A stretch of 64,000 nt of DNA, taken from Eledone cirrhosa (taxonomy: Eukaryota). Positions 44,069-64,000 of this stretch are shown in pieces. The DNA is taken from positions 149,730,001-149,794,000 of the forward strand of contig OZ024743.1 in assembly GCA_964016885.1 (NCBI GenBank), read 5' to 3'. The notes below the pieces were generated by a model. It was not told where the DNA came from. It made no database searches and saw only the letters and a list, made by a program, of their open reading frames with translations. Both the position numbers and the translations under genes were made by a program. The first letter of the stretch is position 1; each line of letters opens with the position of its first letter.

Positions 44069-46030
44069 CTACCTTAATAGCACCATCTGGCGAAGTCTTC
44101 CAAATGATTTGGACACCATGGCCCACTCAAGTAGAGAGTTATTGATTTCGGTGATATATCCATATGTAGGAGTTTTATCCGGAATTTCTTGGAAGAATTT
44201 GTTCAAAGATGTTTTGAATTTTCTGGGATCCGTTTCTCTTCTTATGTGTTTTGATGTAATGTTAAAGAGAGCGGAGCCAGTTGAGGAGAAATAATTATGC
44301 CGTAATGTTGTTATGAGATACGAGTTTGAGTTTTGTTGTGTTGGGATAGCATGCTGATGGAATATCAGCATTGACCAAATTATGCAGATAATGTAGCGTT
44401 CGCGGCGGCATTGGAGAGTAGAGTGGGAGCTTTTCTAGTCGACCCCAATAGCCAAGGATTGTCATGCCGTCTAACTTTTTTTGGATATCTTTCGCCTGGA
44501 AAGTTCTGAGAAGCTAGGAATACATCCTGCGGGCCATGTCAACTTTGGTGTTTATATGAGTAGTCCAGCTCGTGTAGCTACCATCAATTACTCCTAGATC
44601 TCTGGTGTCGTTGAATACGACGAGGGTTTCACCTGAGGGAAGAGTATATGAAAGTTTCAATATATCGTTTTTTCTAAAGTGGATTAATTCGAAATTACCT
44701 GCGTTCAGAAGCATATTGTTTTTTCCCCGCCAATTGGATAACAGCAAGTAGAGATCTCATTGAAGGTGTGTCCAGTCTCCCACTTCACTGATAACCTTCT
44801 GGTTCTTGGAATCATCTGAAAATATCCTTATACTGCTTTGGTTGATGGCGTCGATAATGCCAGTAATATAAATAATGAAAAAAGTGGACCCAACCGAGCG
44901 CCATGTGGGACGCCACAACTGATTTGGCTGGACTTGATTATACTCCTTCCACTACAACATGTTCTGTTCCCTTTGTCAAGAAACACTTGATCCAGTGTAG
45001 TACATTTCGAGAGACGCCAATGCTGGATAGTTTTATAAGTAGGATGTTGTGATCTGACCTGTCAAAGGCCTTGCTCAAATCAAGGTGTATGACATCAGTG
45101 CTGGAGACCTCTCCCAAAGCTCTTAAAATGTCATCAAGGTGGTGCAGAAGCTGCGTTAGGCAGTCTCTTCCATTATGGAACCCATGTTGGTTGGAGTTCA
45201 GCAGATGATTGCTTTCAAGAAAGTGAGTTATTCCCCAACCTCTCAAATAACTTAATGACGTGAGAGGTGATTGAGATCTGACGGTAATTCACTGCAAGGG
45301 ACATGTTTCACCTTTAGAAAATTGGGACAACACACTGGGGTAGAAGGTTTTCAGATATATAGCCAGCGTCCAGTGTGTTCCTCCACATATTAGCTAGAGA
45401 AAATGCAAGTTGGTATCGGCACACCTTCACACTTACAGGTAACCTATCGGGGACTACTGATGAGTTGTGATTAATTTCGTTTATTGCCGCTAAGAAATCA
45501 AGGGCGCCAAACGTTATGTCAGATATGGTGTGTTGGTGATTGATATCACTGATACAGCCCAGATCAGCCACATCAGGATTGCTGAAAACAGAGCAGTATC
45601 GTTTCTGCAGTATCTCACCCATATCTTTAGCATTACCTTAAAGAGTGCCATTTTCATCAATTAGAGGACCAACAGTGAAGACAATGTCTTTGCATTTTTT
45701 CGCAAATGAAAAGAACACTTTAGGATTTAGTTTAATTTTCTCAATGGCCCATTCCTCCACAGCAGTTCTTTGGTTAATGATGATGGACTTCATAAATTGT
45801 TGGAGATTATATTTGTTTTATTTGAGCAGTGCAATAGCAGTCAAATGAGTGTATTTCTTTGACAGAAATTTAGTTTGTTGATGTTTTTGTTTGTATCTTT
45901 CTGATAATATTTTTCCTCTTTTGGGAAATTCTGCACTTAGTTTTGTTCACAGCTCTTGATGGGATATGTTTTGTACATATGATTGTAACAGTGTCTACAA
46001 ATATCTGCCAGGATGTTTTGATGTTGGTAC
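44069..46030 (-). pseudogene. Decayed non-LTR retrotransposon ORF2 (reverse transcriptase), CR1/L2-group-like
   Basis: Fragments QHGFHNGRDCLTQLL...DVIHLDLSKAFDR, GVPHG..LGPLFFIIYI, IFSDDSK, RDLGVI and FKTSLNKFFQEIPDKP, with several stops and frameshifts. Confidence 0.9.
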
Positions 46031-46077
46031 ATATATATATATGAACGTATAAATATTTATGTATATATATATATACA

Positions 46078-46117
<40 letters not shown>

Positions 46118-46142
46118 CGTATATGTGCATATATACATATAC

Positions 46143-46201
<59 letters not shown>

Positions 46202-46236
46202 TATACACGGGTGTGTATGATTGTGTATAGAAGATT

Positions 46237-46460
46237 ATATTAATAGAAGGAATTCCAACTTTGTCTGATTTACTCGTTTTATTTACAATCCTTAAAAATT
46301 TATAATGGTATTAGAATGAAATAGTATGGTAGAATATTAAATGTTAAGTGTTAATTGAACAAGTACTTTCATGCTTTCGCAATCTTCAGGTTCATATTGT
46401 GTGGTGACAGTCAAGTTTGCAATTTTCACCAGACAAAGTTGGAATTCCTTTTATTAATAT
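46237..46460 (-). mobile_element. Family H element: hammerhead bracketed by 31-bp inverted repeats
   Basis: Arms at 46237-46267 and 46430-46460 (1 mismatch); right side abuts (TA)n. Confidence 0.7.
46356..46394 (-). ncRNA. Minimal type I hammerhead ribozyme
   Basis: Minus strand reads TGAAC-CTGAAGA-tTGC-GAAA-GCAt-GAAA-G-TA-C-T-T-GTTCA. Five-bp stem I, GNRA-capped stem II, palindromic AGTACT, CUU triplet. Confidence 0.8.
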
Positions 46461-46599
46461 ATATATATATATATATACGTATATACATATATATGTATGT
46501 GTGTGTGTATATTAAGGTATATGTGTACATATATATGTATATATATATGCATGTTTATATATACATCTGTATGTATATATGTTTTTCTCGAAGAAATCA

Positions 46600-47280
46600 C
46601 ATCCATACTTGATGATCATTCTCCATGATGTACAGCCTTCAGTCAGTCTCTCCCAGTTCTCCACATCAATCTTTAAAGCTTTAACATTTCCTTTTATGAC
46701 ATCCCTAAACCGCTTCTTTGGTTTATGCTGTGATCTTTTCCTCTGATCAGCTCCCCATAAAATAACTGTTTACGCAGCCTTCCATCTTCCATTCCGAGTA
46801 CATGACCATCCCAACGCATTTAGTTCAGAATAACCCTTCTCTCAATACTGGTGCTGCTCATGTTCTCAAGCACAGCAGCATTATGCGTTTAAGAGAGCCA
46901 CTTGATGTTCAGGATGCGTCAGAAACATGGCTAACGACACCTTTCCAACTGCCTGATGTATCGTCTGTATGTTGTCTACGTTTAACATCCAAACACCAGG
47001 GCTATAAAACAACAAATCTCATAATACCCCGATCTGAACTGACTCGCTTCTCAAGTCTCCTTGAATGCAGGACTCATTTTCGCAGTCCTGTGATCTATTT
47101 CAACATCAAGGATACCATCTCTACTAAGTCTACTTCCTAGATACACAAAGCTGTCCACCTCTCAAGTCTCTTTTTCCTCTCACGATAAATGTCTGGTTCC
47201 ACAGACACTTCCCCAACTGGTGGAGTGTACATGAACTATTGTTTTTTCATGCTAATATTTAGCCCAGACACAGTGCATTA
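46600..47280 (-). pseudogene. Decayed RTE-clade LINE ORF2 fragment
   Basis: Minus-strand broken translation MRWDGHVLGMEDG...RLRKQLFYGELIRG...KRSQHKPKKRFRDVIKGNVKALKIDVENWE. Confidence 0.8.
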
Positions 47281-47374
47281 CTCCGTATGTGGGACCCAAG
47301 TGCAGTACCCGCAAACCTCCAGCCGGAATTGAGGTGTAATGATTTCTTCTATGAACAGCTGGATTTGTCAACCA

Positions 47375-47680
47375 TCTGAAATCGGAGGAGCCAGGGAGAA
47401 TTCGAGTGACATGTAAGTTGACTCTGCAGACAGGAGCTCAACGGTACAGTTTGATTTAGAATAGCTGAAGTTTGTAAGTTCGATGATGGACTGACGAGAC
47501 ACGTTAGAATGCATGAAGAGACATCCCAGCCGGCATTGCTAGGAGACAGACGGTTCAAGTTTAAAATCTGTGAACGTACCTACAAAATAAAAGCGGTTGT
47601 AAAAAGTCACCTGCGTGCACAGGATCGTGCAACTGTTCAATGAAGGGATGGCACTCTTCTGACAAGAAGTAGCATTCAAC
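47375..47680 (+). mobile_element. Probable RTE-like 3' end with decayed C2H2-like motif
   Basis: FDDGLTRHVRMHEE...FKICERTYKIKAVVKSHLRA. Confidence 0.45.
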
Positions 47681-47780
47681 AGACACACACACACATGCAT
47701 AGACATACACGCATAGACATACACACACATATATATATATATGCACACACACACAAGCATACACATTTATATAGATCTAC

Positions 47781-47831
<51 letters not shown>

Positions 47832-47889
47832 CATACACACACACATATATATAAATATATATGTATATATATATGTATATATATATATA

Positions 47890-48534
47890 TTGTTTTTAGT
47901 CCTGCAGGATGTCCAAAGTCACCCTCCTCACCAAGAAACCTTGGTGGGGTTGCCAGTTTAGTCGCCAACGACCCGACCATGAGACAGGTTGTACTGGGAT
48001 ACATGTTACCAGTAGCACCAACTGGTGACCTGACAAAAACAAAACCTGTCAAAGGGCAAAGGAGCTCTTAAGAGTCAATGGCCATCCAAAATCACCGGGA
48101 GAGATGACCCCTTTAGCCTTAGTCAAGGCAGAATTCTAGGAGAAGGAAAACTCTGATATAACACCTGCAACCCTGATGGTATCCAATGATGTTGACTTGT
48201 TCTTCTTTTTGGTAAATAGCATCTTGGTTAAGAGAGTGGGACTGGCTTTGTGCAGTGCCTTTGCTCACTATAAAAGCTTCACGGCACAGGCATTGCTTTA
48301 TATCTGGAGATCTCTCTGCACTTGTCCTCACATGGGCCCAGCACTATGTGTCAATAATTGTCCTACCATGGGCCTAGCACTATGTGTCAATGATTGTCAC
48401 AGGTGTAGTGTTTGTACCAGAGGTTTCAAGTCGCTGGCTGGACTAAAAAGTCACACTCGTTCAGCGCTTCGGTAGGGGTTATCCTACATGGATGTAAAGT
48501 AGTGGCCGTACTCGAAAACGAGTTGGCAGCCACC

Positions 48535-48535
<1 letters not shown>
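47890..48535 (+). mobile_element. RTE-derived element, possibly internally deleted (5' UTR-like part joined to 3' end)
   Basis: ctaggagaaggaaaactctga resembles RTE 5' UTRs as I recall them. The 3' part encodes CSVCTRGFKSLAGLKSHTRS, and there is a 36-bp tandem duplication at about 48329-48400. (TA)n on both sides. Confidence 0.5.
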
Positions 48536-48593
<58 letters not shown>

Positions 48594-48708
48594 AATGTAT
48601 ATATATATATGAGAGACGTAAAATAAGAAAATTATAAAATTAACTTACTTACTAAAATTTCACTCCAACTAATTAATTCTTTATAATATATATATATGTA
48701 TATATATG

Positions 48709-48774
<66 letters not shown>

Positions 48775-48844
48775 CAGATATATAGATAGATATATATATA
48801 TTTAAGTAATATATATTTATATGTATATATATATATATGTATGT

Positions 48845-48875
<31 letters not shown>

Positions 48876-49404
48876 TAAATATGTATGTATGTATGTATGT
48901 ATATACAATAAATGTGCTTATATTTATGCATAAACACATATATGGAGAGGGAGAGAAGTATACATCGATACATATGTTTGTGTACGTGCTTGTACACATG
49001 CATACATGCACATACAGATGTTACTTATGCTCTCACATACCCCTGATACTCTTAGTCATCGGGGGAATTAGAACCTGTCTTCTTCATCATTCTTGTCTAA
49101 ACTTCAACGTTACAGCTAATTGAAACTTTGCATTTCAACATCAAACTAGGCGGCATTCTTTACATAAACATCGTTCATGTCAGCATTAAAAGTTGGCGCC
49201 TTTTCAGGTTATCCTTATTTGTGCCAGCGCAGACCGTATATAGTGTATGTTCGCTGAATATACAATGCACTTGTTTGAAACCCCTCTATGAAATATTGTG
49301 CTGCCGAACCTACTGCAATATCGACAGAGGGTCATTTGGTTTATTGAGGGAAAGTAATCTGTCTTATGCTGTTTCTAATACACATCGCACTTATTCTGTT
49401 TAAG

Positions 49405-49610
49405 GATGGTGGATGTGTATAATCTTTATATCGTCTGGCAGCATGGTTTATGGCATTTAGTTACGGCTGTTTACTTTCTGATTTCAAATTCCGTAAAGGT
49501 CATCTTTTCCTTTCATCCTCCCGGGATCGATAAAACATAAAGTACCAGCAATGAACTGGGATCTATATAATCAACTTACCCCGGAGTTGTGCCTAAATTA
49601 GAAATCATTT
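49405..49610 (+). mobile_element. SINE family 1, decayed
   Basis: ctttcatcctcccgggatcgataaaacataaagtaccag core. Confidence 0.65.
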
Positions 49611-50899
49611 TTAAACTACTTCTATTTTAACCTGAGATTTCTGCTGGCTGCTCCTTTTGTATGCATTACTATGAACTTCTGTTCCAGTTGTCAATCAACA
49701 TTCTCATAAACTTAATATGAAGACACTGAGTATTCCTCAGACACTCGAATATTAGTATAATTCTCAGGGTGATTCAGCATAACATAGTATGTGACAAGAC
49801 TAACCAGATTCAGGTCATTCGATGGGCTTCTAAACTGTTTCTGTCTACTCAATTTCACTCCCATGACATGGCTTCCCCAAGATAAAACTCGGAGCCTAAT
49901 GATTGCGACGCGAGCCTCTTAACAATTCGACTTTACTGCATTCTATATGTTTTATTGTTAATCTGAAATAATTGACTGCACTGCATATATCTTAAGAAGT
50001 ACTTTATCTTTTTCATGTACTCTTTGATGTTCTCAGAGACATAATTGTAAGGAATTTCAGCTCGTAGATACTGTCTGGTAATTTAAACATTTTCATTTAG
50101 CCAGAACCATTCTGTCAGGTAGCAGGGTGTGTTTTGAGCATTTTTAAATAGCCCTCAATGTCCTTCTTGAATATAAACTAGCTGTATATATTCAAGACAC
50201 ACGGGGTGACAAATTACAACATGTTATCAATCATTTATTTTACATTCCGGCAATATTCACATTCTTTTCGACTGTATATATACTGCGTAATTTTATCATA
50301 AATAAAAACATTGCCTTCTTGTATTCACAATTGCACACATGTATACAAAGTTTATGGAAGACCTTATTTTAGTATTGGTGTGACATATGTGCGTGAGATA
50401 TTTGCTGTTTGGTATAGGTTCTTTGAGAACTTGATGATTGGTAACTTCACATACTTGTCATGCTAACTTCTATGGACAAGGCATCGCTCTATATTAGCTG
50501 ATGTACTATCTCTGAACTCACTAGGAAATCGTTTCGAGCAATTATTGTTCTTTATGCAGAGTGCATTGTGATTTGTATTATCAAAGACTCATAATTCTGT
50601 AAAAGAATTTTAAAAGTATCTTAGAGGGCTGTCTCTGTAGCTGGGTTTAACAGTGCCACACATAAAACTTTATTATTTTCAGTGAAATTATTGAAAATCT
50701 TTTGTGTTGAAAATATTAACGTGAGACGGTGCATGATTCTATAATTCAATGAAATGAGTGAATGCCTGGACAGTTCCAAATAATGATATTATAGCTAGAG
50801 TGAATTTCATTTAAATCGACTGAATCAGGGCGTTCTATAATAAATGGTGTCGAATTAGCAGAGTTGTTAAAGTGTTGGGTAGAATACTGAACCTCATTG

Positions 50900-51050
50900 G
50901 TGTGAATTCGAATTCTGCCTCGGTCAACTTTACCCATAATTATTTAGGTTAACTTCTGTGTCTTTCATCCTTACGGGATCGATAAAATAAAGTACCAGTA
51001 AAATACTGGGTAATTGCTGGCCTTGTGCCAAAAGTAGAAACAATTATTTT
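50900..51050 (+). mobile_element. SINE family 1 short variant nested in an older copy
   Basis: ctttcatccttacgggatcgataaaataaagtaccag...gggtaattgctggccttgtgcc. Confidence 0.75.
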
Positions 51051-51082
51051 GGGTTCGATAAATAAAGTACTACTTAAAGGCA

Positions 51083-51138
<56 letters not shown>

Positions 51139-52499
51139 GAGGGAGGTACGAACCTTTATGTTTTTAAGTTGCGATAAAGTTATTCAATATATAATGCAGA
51201 TTTATTTTATTGGGAGTGGGACCTTCTTAAATTGCAAGTCTAAATTCCATTTGTCGATTATTCAGATGATTAAATAAGGGTATCAATGGACTATATATAA
51301 GAAAAGTATTCGTAAATCCATTAAAATAAGATTAGTCCATGTTGAGTCGAAAATACTTAATATGAAAATTTTGGAAGTAACCCTAAAACCCTGTATAGAA
51401 AGTAAACCTTAAAAGACGCCATTATGATATAACAATTCTTTCCTTTTGGAGTTTAGATCCCGGCAAGGCCAACTATACCATTCTTCTTTTCGGGGTCAAT
51501 AAAGTATCAACCGAAGGCGGTGGACTGGCAGAAATTTTAGAGCGGTGGGTGAGATGTCTTACGGTATCTGCATTGACTCTTGCGTTTCTGGTGGTAAAGT
51601 TAAGCCATCTCGCCGTTTAACACCAGCGTATGGTCCTTACTGAACTTTTGTTGCGTTCTCTCTGTTGCAAGGATTCTGTCTAGTTCTTTTATTCTGCTGT
51701 TACGTGTAAGTACATCATGTACATTACATGTCCATATATATTACTGTAACTCATATATAAATCACATGCATTTAATACTGATTACTGAAATTCTTAATAA
51801 GCAGTTTAAAATCGGGTTAACATTTCACACCTGGTCTTAGTTCACTGACCTGAGTACACGTACTTTCATATAGTTTTCTAGCATCGGAACTGTATCTGTA
51901 CTGTCTTACTTAAACTCTGTTTTTTTAGATGAACTCGGTTCAACTATAACTCCACTTATACAAGTATGTTCCTCGAGTGAAATTTTGCAAGGCAGAACAA
52001 CGTTGCTTTTAAGCGGAATAGGTAGCTCCTCGCAAAGGGAAAGGAAGCTTTTTATTTTATTTTTAGGAGAGTGCGTCATATATTTACAAGTTACTCCTTG
52101 GTTGTCTTGCTCCCGGACCGATTACCAGCTGAAATACCCTCTGCCAGGAAGTTATTATAAGCACATAGGAGATCATTGTTATGCTCCTGGACTAATAAGA
52201 AAAGGGAAAAGGAAAGGTCCCTTAATTCTTGACACGTTTTTTGTCTTGAACATTTAAAACCTGGCGGACCCCATCACACTCTAATTCTGAAAGCAGCAGA
52301 TTACTTCAAGGAGAGAGGAGGAAAAGCGATAGGGGTTGAGGAAAAGAGTTAGAGGTAGAGGAAGAATCAATCACAGCACTAGACATGAACTTTATTTATT
52401 GAGTTTGGGACTTAAACGCAAAGAACAAGACATTAAAAAACATTCCACAAACATACAAAAAAAAATACCTCCAACATGGTGTAAATAACAAATTAGAAG

Positions 52500-52780
52500 C
52501 AGTTAGGCCGGTTGGTTAAGAAGTTCGCTTCGCAATCCCGAAGTTCCGTGTTTGGTTCCATTGCGTGGCATCGTGAGCAAGAAACTTTTACTATCGCCAC
52601 AAGTCGACAAAGGTTTTGCGAGTAAAACTTGGCGGATGGAAACTGTTGGAAACTTTGTCGGATGGACCATACCTGTAATTCAAAGGATCAGCCTTGTAAC
52701 ACACTGCGAATTATGTTAGCCACATGCACATTGTTCACTGAACAACTAGAACGTGTATTGTCGAAACTGATGGAGGTCTA
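52500..52780 (+). mobile_element. tRNA-derived SINE family 3, decayed
   Basis: ggttaagaagttcgcttcgcaatcccgaagttccgtgtttggttccattgcgtggc head. Confidence 0.55.
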
Positions 52781-53224
52781 TTTAACTTTAGGTAAGAAAA
52801 AGGTCAAACATAATTAGAATAAATAGCTGCCCACGAGATGTAAATAGTTTATAGCCTTTCATTGACAAAGGTAACCAAATAATGGTGTAGTAATCTATAA
52901 ACAACAACAACAAGTAAAGGAATAATTGGAAGAAACATATTCGAATCAATAAACAATCAATAATACTTATTGTTTACATAAGCGGGGAATGTAACAGCTG
53001 ATATTTCCCGCAAATAATTCTATTGACCCCAGAAGAATGTACGACAAAGATGACTTTGGTGGGAATTAAACTCAGAACGGGGGTAGATTAGTGGTCTCCC
53101 ACTCACAGGCGTTTATTTGAATCGCCCGATGGTGGATATACATTTGTCCTTCCATACAAACACAAGCACACGTACCTATTTATCTATCTATATATCGATC
53201 GATCGATCTATCTATCCAACTATA

Positions 53225-53275
<51 letters not shown>

Positions 53276-53489
53276 ATGTATATATATATATATATATATA
53301 TACATATACTCATATACCATACACACAGGCGCGCACAGCTACAATGCCGTCATAAGTTATGGACACATTGAGTCTAGGAGACTGATGTTAATATGTATAC
53401 GGTGTTTGTGAATGTGCGAGGCCCAATGTATTGCTGTACCTGGTGGCCTGTAATGCCCTGCACACATTCATACAAGTGAGCTTATATAC

Positions 53490-53557
<68 letters not shown>

Positions 53558-53683
53558 TGAGAACAATATTTGCCGCTTACCAAAATGAGAGTTCTTAGTT
53601 TGTTTACAACTTTCATTTTATTGGGGAATAAATCAATTAATTAGATAAATATATACATAAATAAATATGTAAACTGAAATAAC

Positions 53684-53788
53684 TGTTTCTACTTTAGGCA
53701 CAAGGCCAGCAATTACCCAGTGCATTACTGGTACTTTATTTTATCGACCCCGTAAGGATGAAAGGCAAAGTCAACCTCAGCGGGATTA
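53684..53788 (-). mobile_element. SINE family 1, short variant
   Basis: Essentially the reverse complement of 25255-25356. Confidence 0.85.
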
Positions 53789-53910
53789 ACAACATCTATG
53801 TTCACCATCTTGCCCGTTCCACAATTTATTACATAAAGGTCGTTGCCCAATTCATAGCATTCTCAGTTACACGTGTCTTTGTCTCTTGGCCTCTCTGCTT
53901 TATGCCTGTG

Positions 53911-53941
<31 letters not shown>

Positions 53942-54204
53942 GAATGCATGTATACATACATGCATTCATTCATTCATACATACATACATGCATTCATTCA
54001 TACATACATGCATTCATACATACATGCATTCATTCATACATGCATACATGCATACATACATACATACATACATACATAAATGCTATACATACGGACACTA
54101 TTACATAGTTTACGAACTACATTCTTTTCTGAAATCCCGTCCATCATAGGAGCTTCTCAAACGAACGCACCCGCGCCGCCGCGCTCTTCTTCTTCTTCTT
54201 CTTC

Positions 54205-54239
<35 letters not shown>

Positions 54240-54241
<2 letters not shown>

Positions 54242-55578
54242 GACGAGCAAAGTGGCTTCTCTCACCCAGAAATGGGCGGAGAGGAAGCTATCCCTGAAAG
54301 GTCGAGCGGAGGTGGCTAACGCGTACATCGCGTCCGTCATCTGCTACCGCCTGACCGTCGTACCTTTTCCTAAGCCCCGCCTGACTGCGCTGGAGCGTTT
54401 GCTCTTTCGCTTTTTGTGGAAGGGACGCGCTCCGATGGTCAGGCGGTCCATCTGCTGTCAACACCCGCTACGTGGAGGGCTGGGAATGCCGTGGCTGATG
54501 ATGCGCAGACACGCGCTCAGGCTACGACATCTCCACCTCTTCCTCGACGGTGATCAGGTGTGGTCGCCGTTTGCTAGACGCGTCTTTCCCCAGCTCGTCT
54601 CCGAGCTGCAGTCCTGGGTCAAGCGAAGACCGAGAGGGAGCGCTTGGAGACTGGAACGTCTTCAGGCGCTCACAGCCCTCGACCAATCGGGAAATGTGAT
54701 CGGTGGAAACTCCACCTTGGCGTTCTATAGAGGATTAGTGGAGGGGAAGAGCGACGACGTACTTGGGAAACTTTAGGCGTCGATGAAAATCAATTAGCCA
54801 ATCTCTTCGGAAGAACTTTCGGGCCGGGGCCTATGGACAACTTCCAGAAATCCCTGGCCTGGAAGTGCTACCGAGGAGGTTTGCCAGTTCGGGATAAACT
54901 CTACAGACATGGAGGTGCCGTCAGCCGGGCATGTCCGAGATGCGCGCAGGGCGACGAAACCGTCCTGCACGCACTCGTCCAGTGTCCGAGCATTGCTGAC
55001 TTGTGGGTTTATGTCGAACACCTGCTGTCGCGTGTAGGACGGATCCAGCTATCACCTGAGTCCATCGTGAAGATTGCCCCGCCCTCTTCCTTTAGCCAGG
55101 AAGGGCAGGCAGTTTTTATCTGTCTGGTGGCCATGGCGAAAGAGATAGTATGGTGGACACGTTTTAAAGGGCTGAAGACGAGCACTTACCTCTTCGGTGA
55201 TGCCCTGATTGACTTTTTCAAATTTCATTTGAAAAGGAAAATCAGAGAGAGAGGGAAGTGCTCTCTTCCCAGCATTTTGTTGAAAGATGGGTGAGAGAAG
55301 CTAGAATGACCCGAGTATATATCTGTAAATTAAAGGTGGAAAACTGGGAGAGGGCACTTGCCTTGGTGGTCAGGGTCATTGTGGCCTTTTACTGGGCTTT
55401 CTCCACAAATGTCCCTCCGAAGTCTCCCCCCTATTGGGGAATTTTTCATTGTTATTTTTTGTTACATCCTCTGTTTTTGTTTTTTACACGCAGAAATGCC
55501 CATTTGTACCGTACTGTATTGTCCTGCACTGTCCTTAATGTCTACTTTATGTAAACCCTTGTGGTTAATAAAGAAATC
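54240..55578 (+). mobile_element. 5'-truncated Tx1/L1-clade LINE (ORF2 C-terminus with CCHC zinc finger, frameshifted, plus 3' UTR)
   Basis: W..RKLSLKGR...LFRFLWKG...PLRGGLGMP and CPRCAQGDETVLHALVQCP. AATAAA at the 3' end; (TTA)n on both sides. Confidence 0.9.
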
Positions 55579-55916
55579 ATTATTATTATTATTATTATTA
55601 CTACTACTAGTACTGCTCAGATCATAAAAGACAGCAACAAAAATAACAAGCAATATACAGGGTTGACAAGGTTAAGTAGAACAGTTTGCTAACTTAACCC
55701 TTTCTATTAAGACACAGCTGCCTTATTTATTCCTCTTTTTTTTGCATTCTGTAGTTACTGTGCATTAAGTAAAATTTAATTATCTAGCAAAATATAATTT
55801 AAAAATCGCAACATTGCCCGGCCTTGGTTCATTTACCATAGCGTATGTGTGCAGTATATCACCCCTTCCTTTCTTCCTTCTTCGCCTCCTTTCTGTTATA
55901 AATATATATGTATGTA

Positions 55917-63650
<7,734 letters not shown>

Positions 63651-64000
63651 TTCTACAGTCGCCGGGGTTGTACTACTTAATTACAAATGAATCGAGGGCG
63701 TATTAAATGTTTGTATGTGTGTGTGTGCAGTACATATGTAACTTTACGTAGGAAAGAACTGAACACGTTATATGGAGTGCATATATATTTCTATGAGCTG
63801 AGCTTATTATAGAAGTTTCTCGGAGGCCTCGAGTTTCCCAGCTACTAAAAGCTATCAAATTCATCCCCAATGTCCTTATCTGTCCTTTTTTCTTTTGAGG
63901 TCTTTTCGAATATAGACTGTCAAATTCTTCTTTTTCGTGCGCCATGATGCCATTTGTCCTTTAGACGTCTCCATTCCAAACTATATTTCAACGATTTTAT

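Noticed and set aside
48395-48475. Host C2H2 zinc-finger gene
   Set aside because: Single incomplete finger at the end of an RTE-like remnant, with no TGEKP linkers or finger array.
51960-52500. Possible solo LTR
   Set aside because: A purine-rich tract and minus-strand AATAAA are present, but I could not define TG...CA ends with a TSD.
55658-55850. TACAGGGTTGAC start resembling a Tc1/mariner TIR
   Set aside because: No matching second TIR or transposase found in the window.

Overview
Eukaryotic, extremely AT-rich, repeat-dominated window. The repeat families look like those of an octopus/coleoid cephalopod genome (inference, not checked by search). No intact protein-coding gene is supported, and almost all listed ORFs are translations of (TA)n/(CA)n/(TG)n microsatellites. 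Contents: many tRNA-derived SINE copies; decayed LINE fragments of CR1/L2-like, RTE-like and Tx1/L1-like type; two short DNA-transposon MITEs; a 56-bp to 32-bp minisatellite array; a 200-N scaffold gap; and a ~7.7 kb degenerate (TA)n tract. The main signal is that many 100-450 bp unique-sequence islands between (TA)n runs carry minimal type I hammerhead ribozyme motifs (CTGAnGA...GAAA...NUH). These belong to several unrelated families, most with a family-specific palindromic stem III and often a downstream AATAAA. Many islands also form near-perfect foldback inverted repeats that turn at or near the ribozyme stem II and join the (TA)n at the same TAT microhomology. This fits truncated pseudo-LTRs of (TA)n-targeting Penelope-like retroelements or non-autonomous retrozyme-like derivatives. 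Coordinates were read by eye; element boundaries are approximate, ribozyme and inverted-repeat coordinates were counted.
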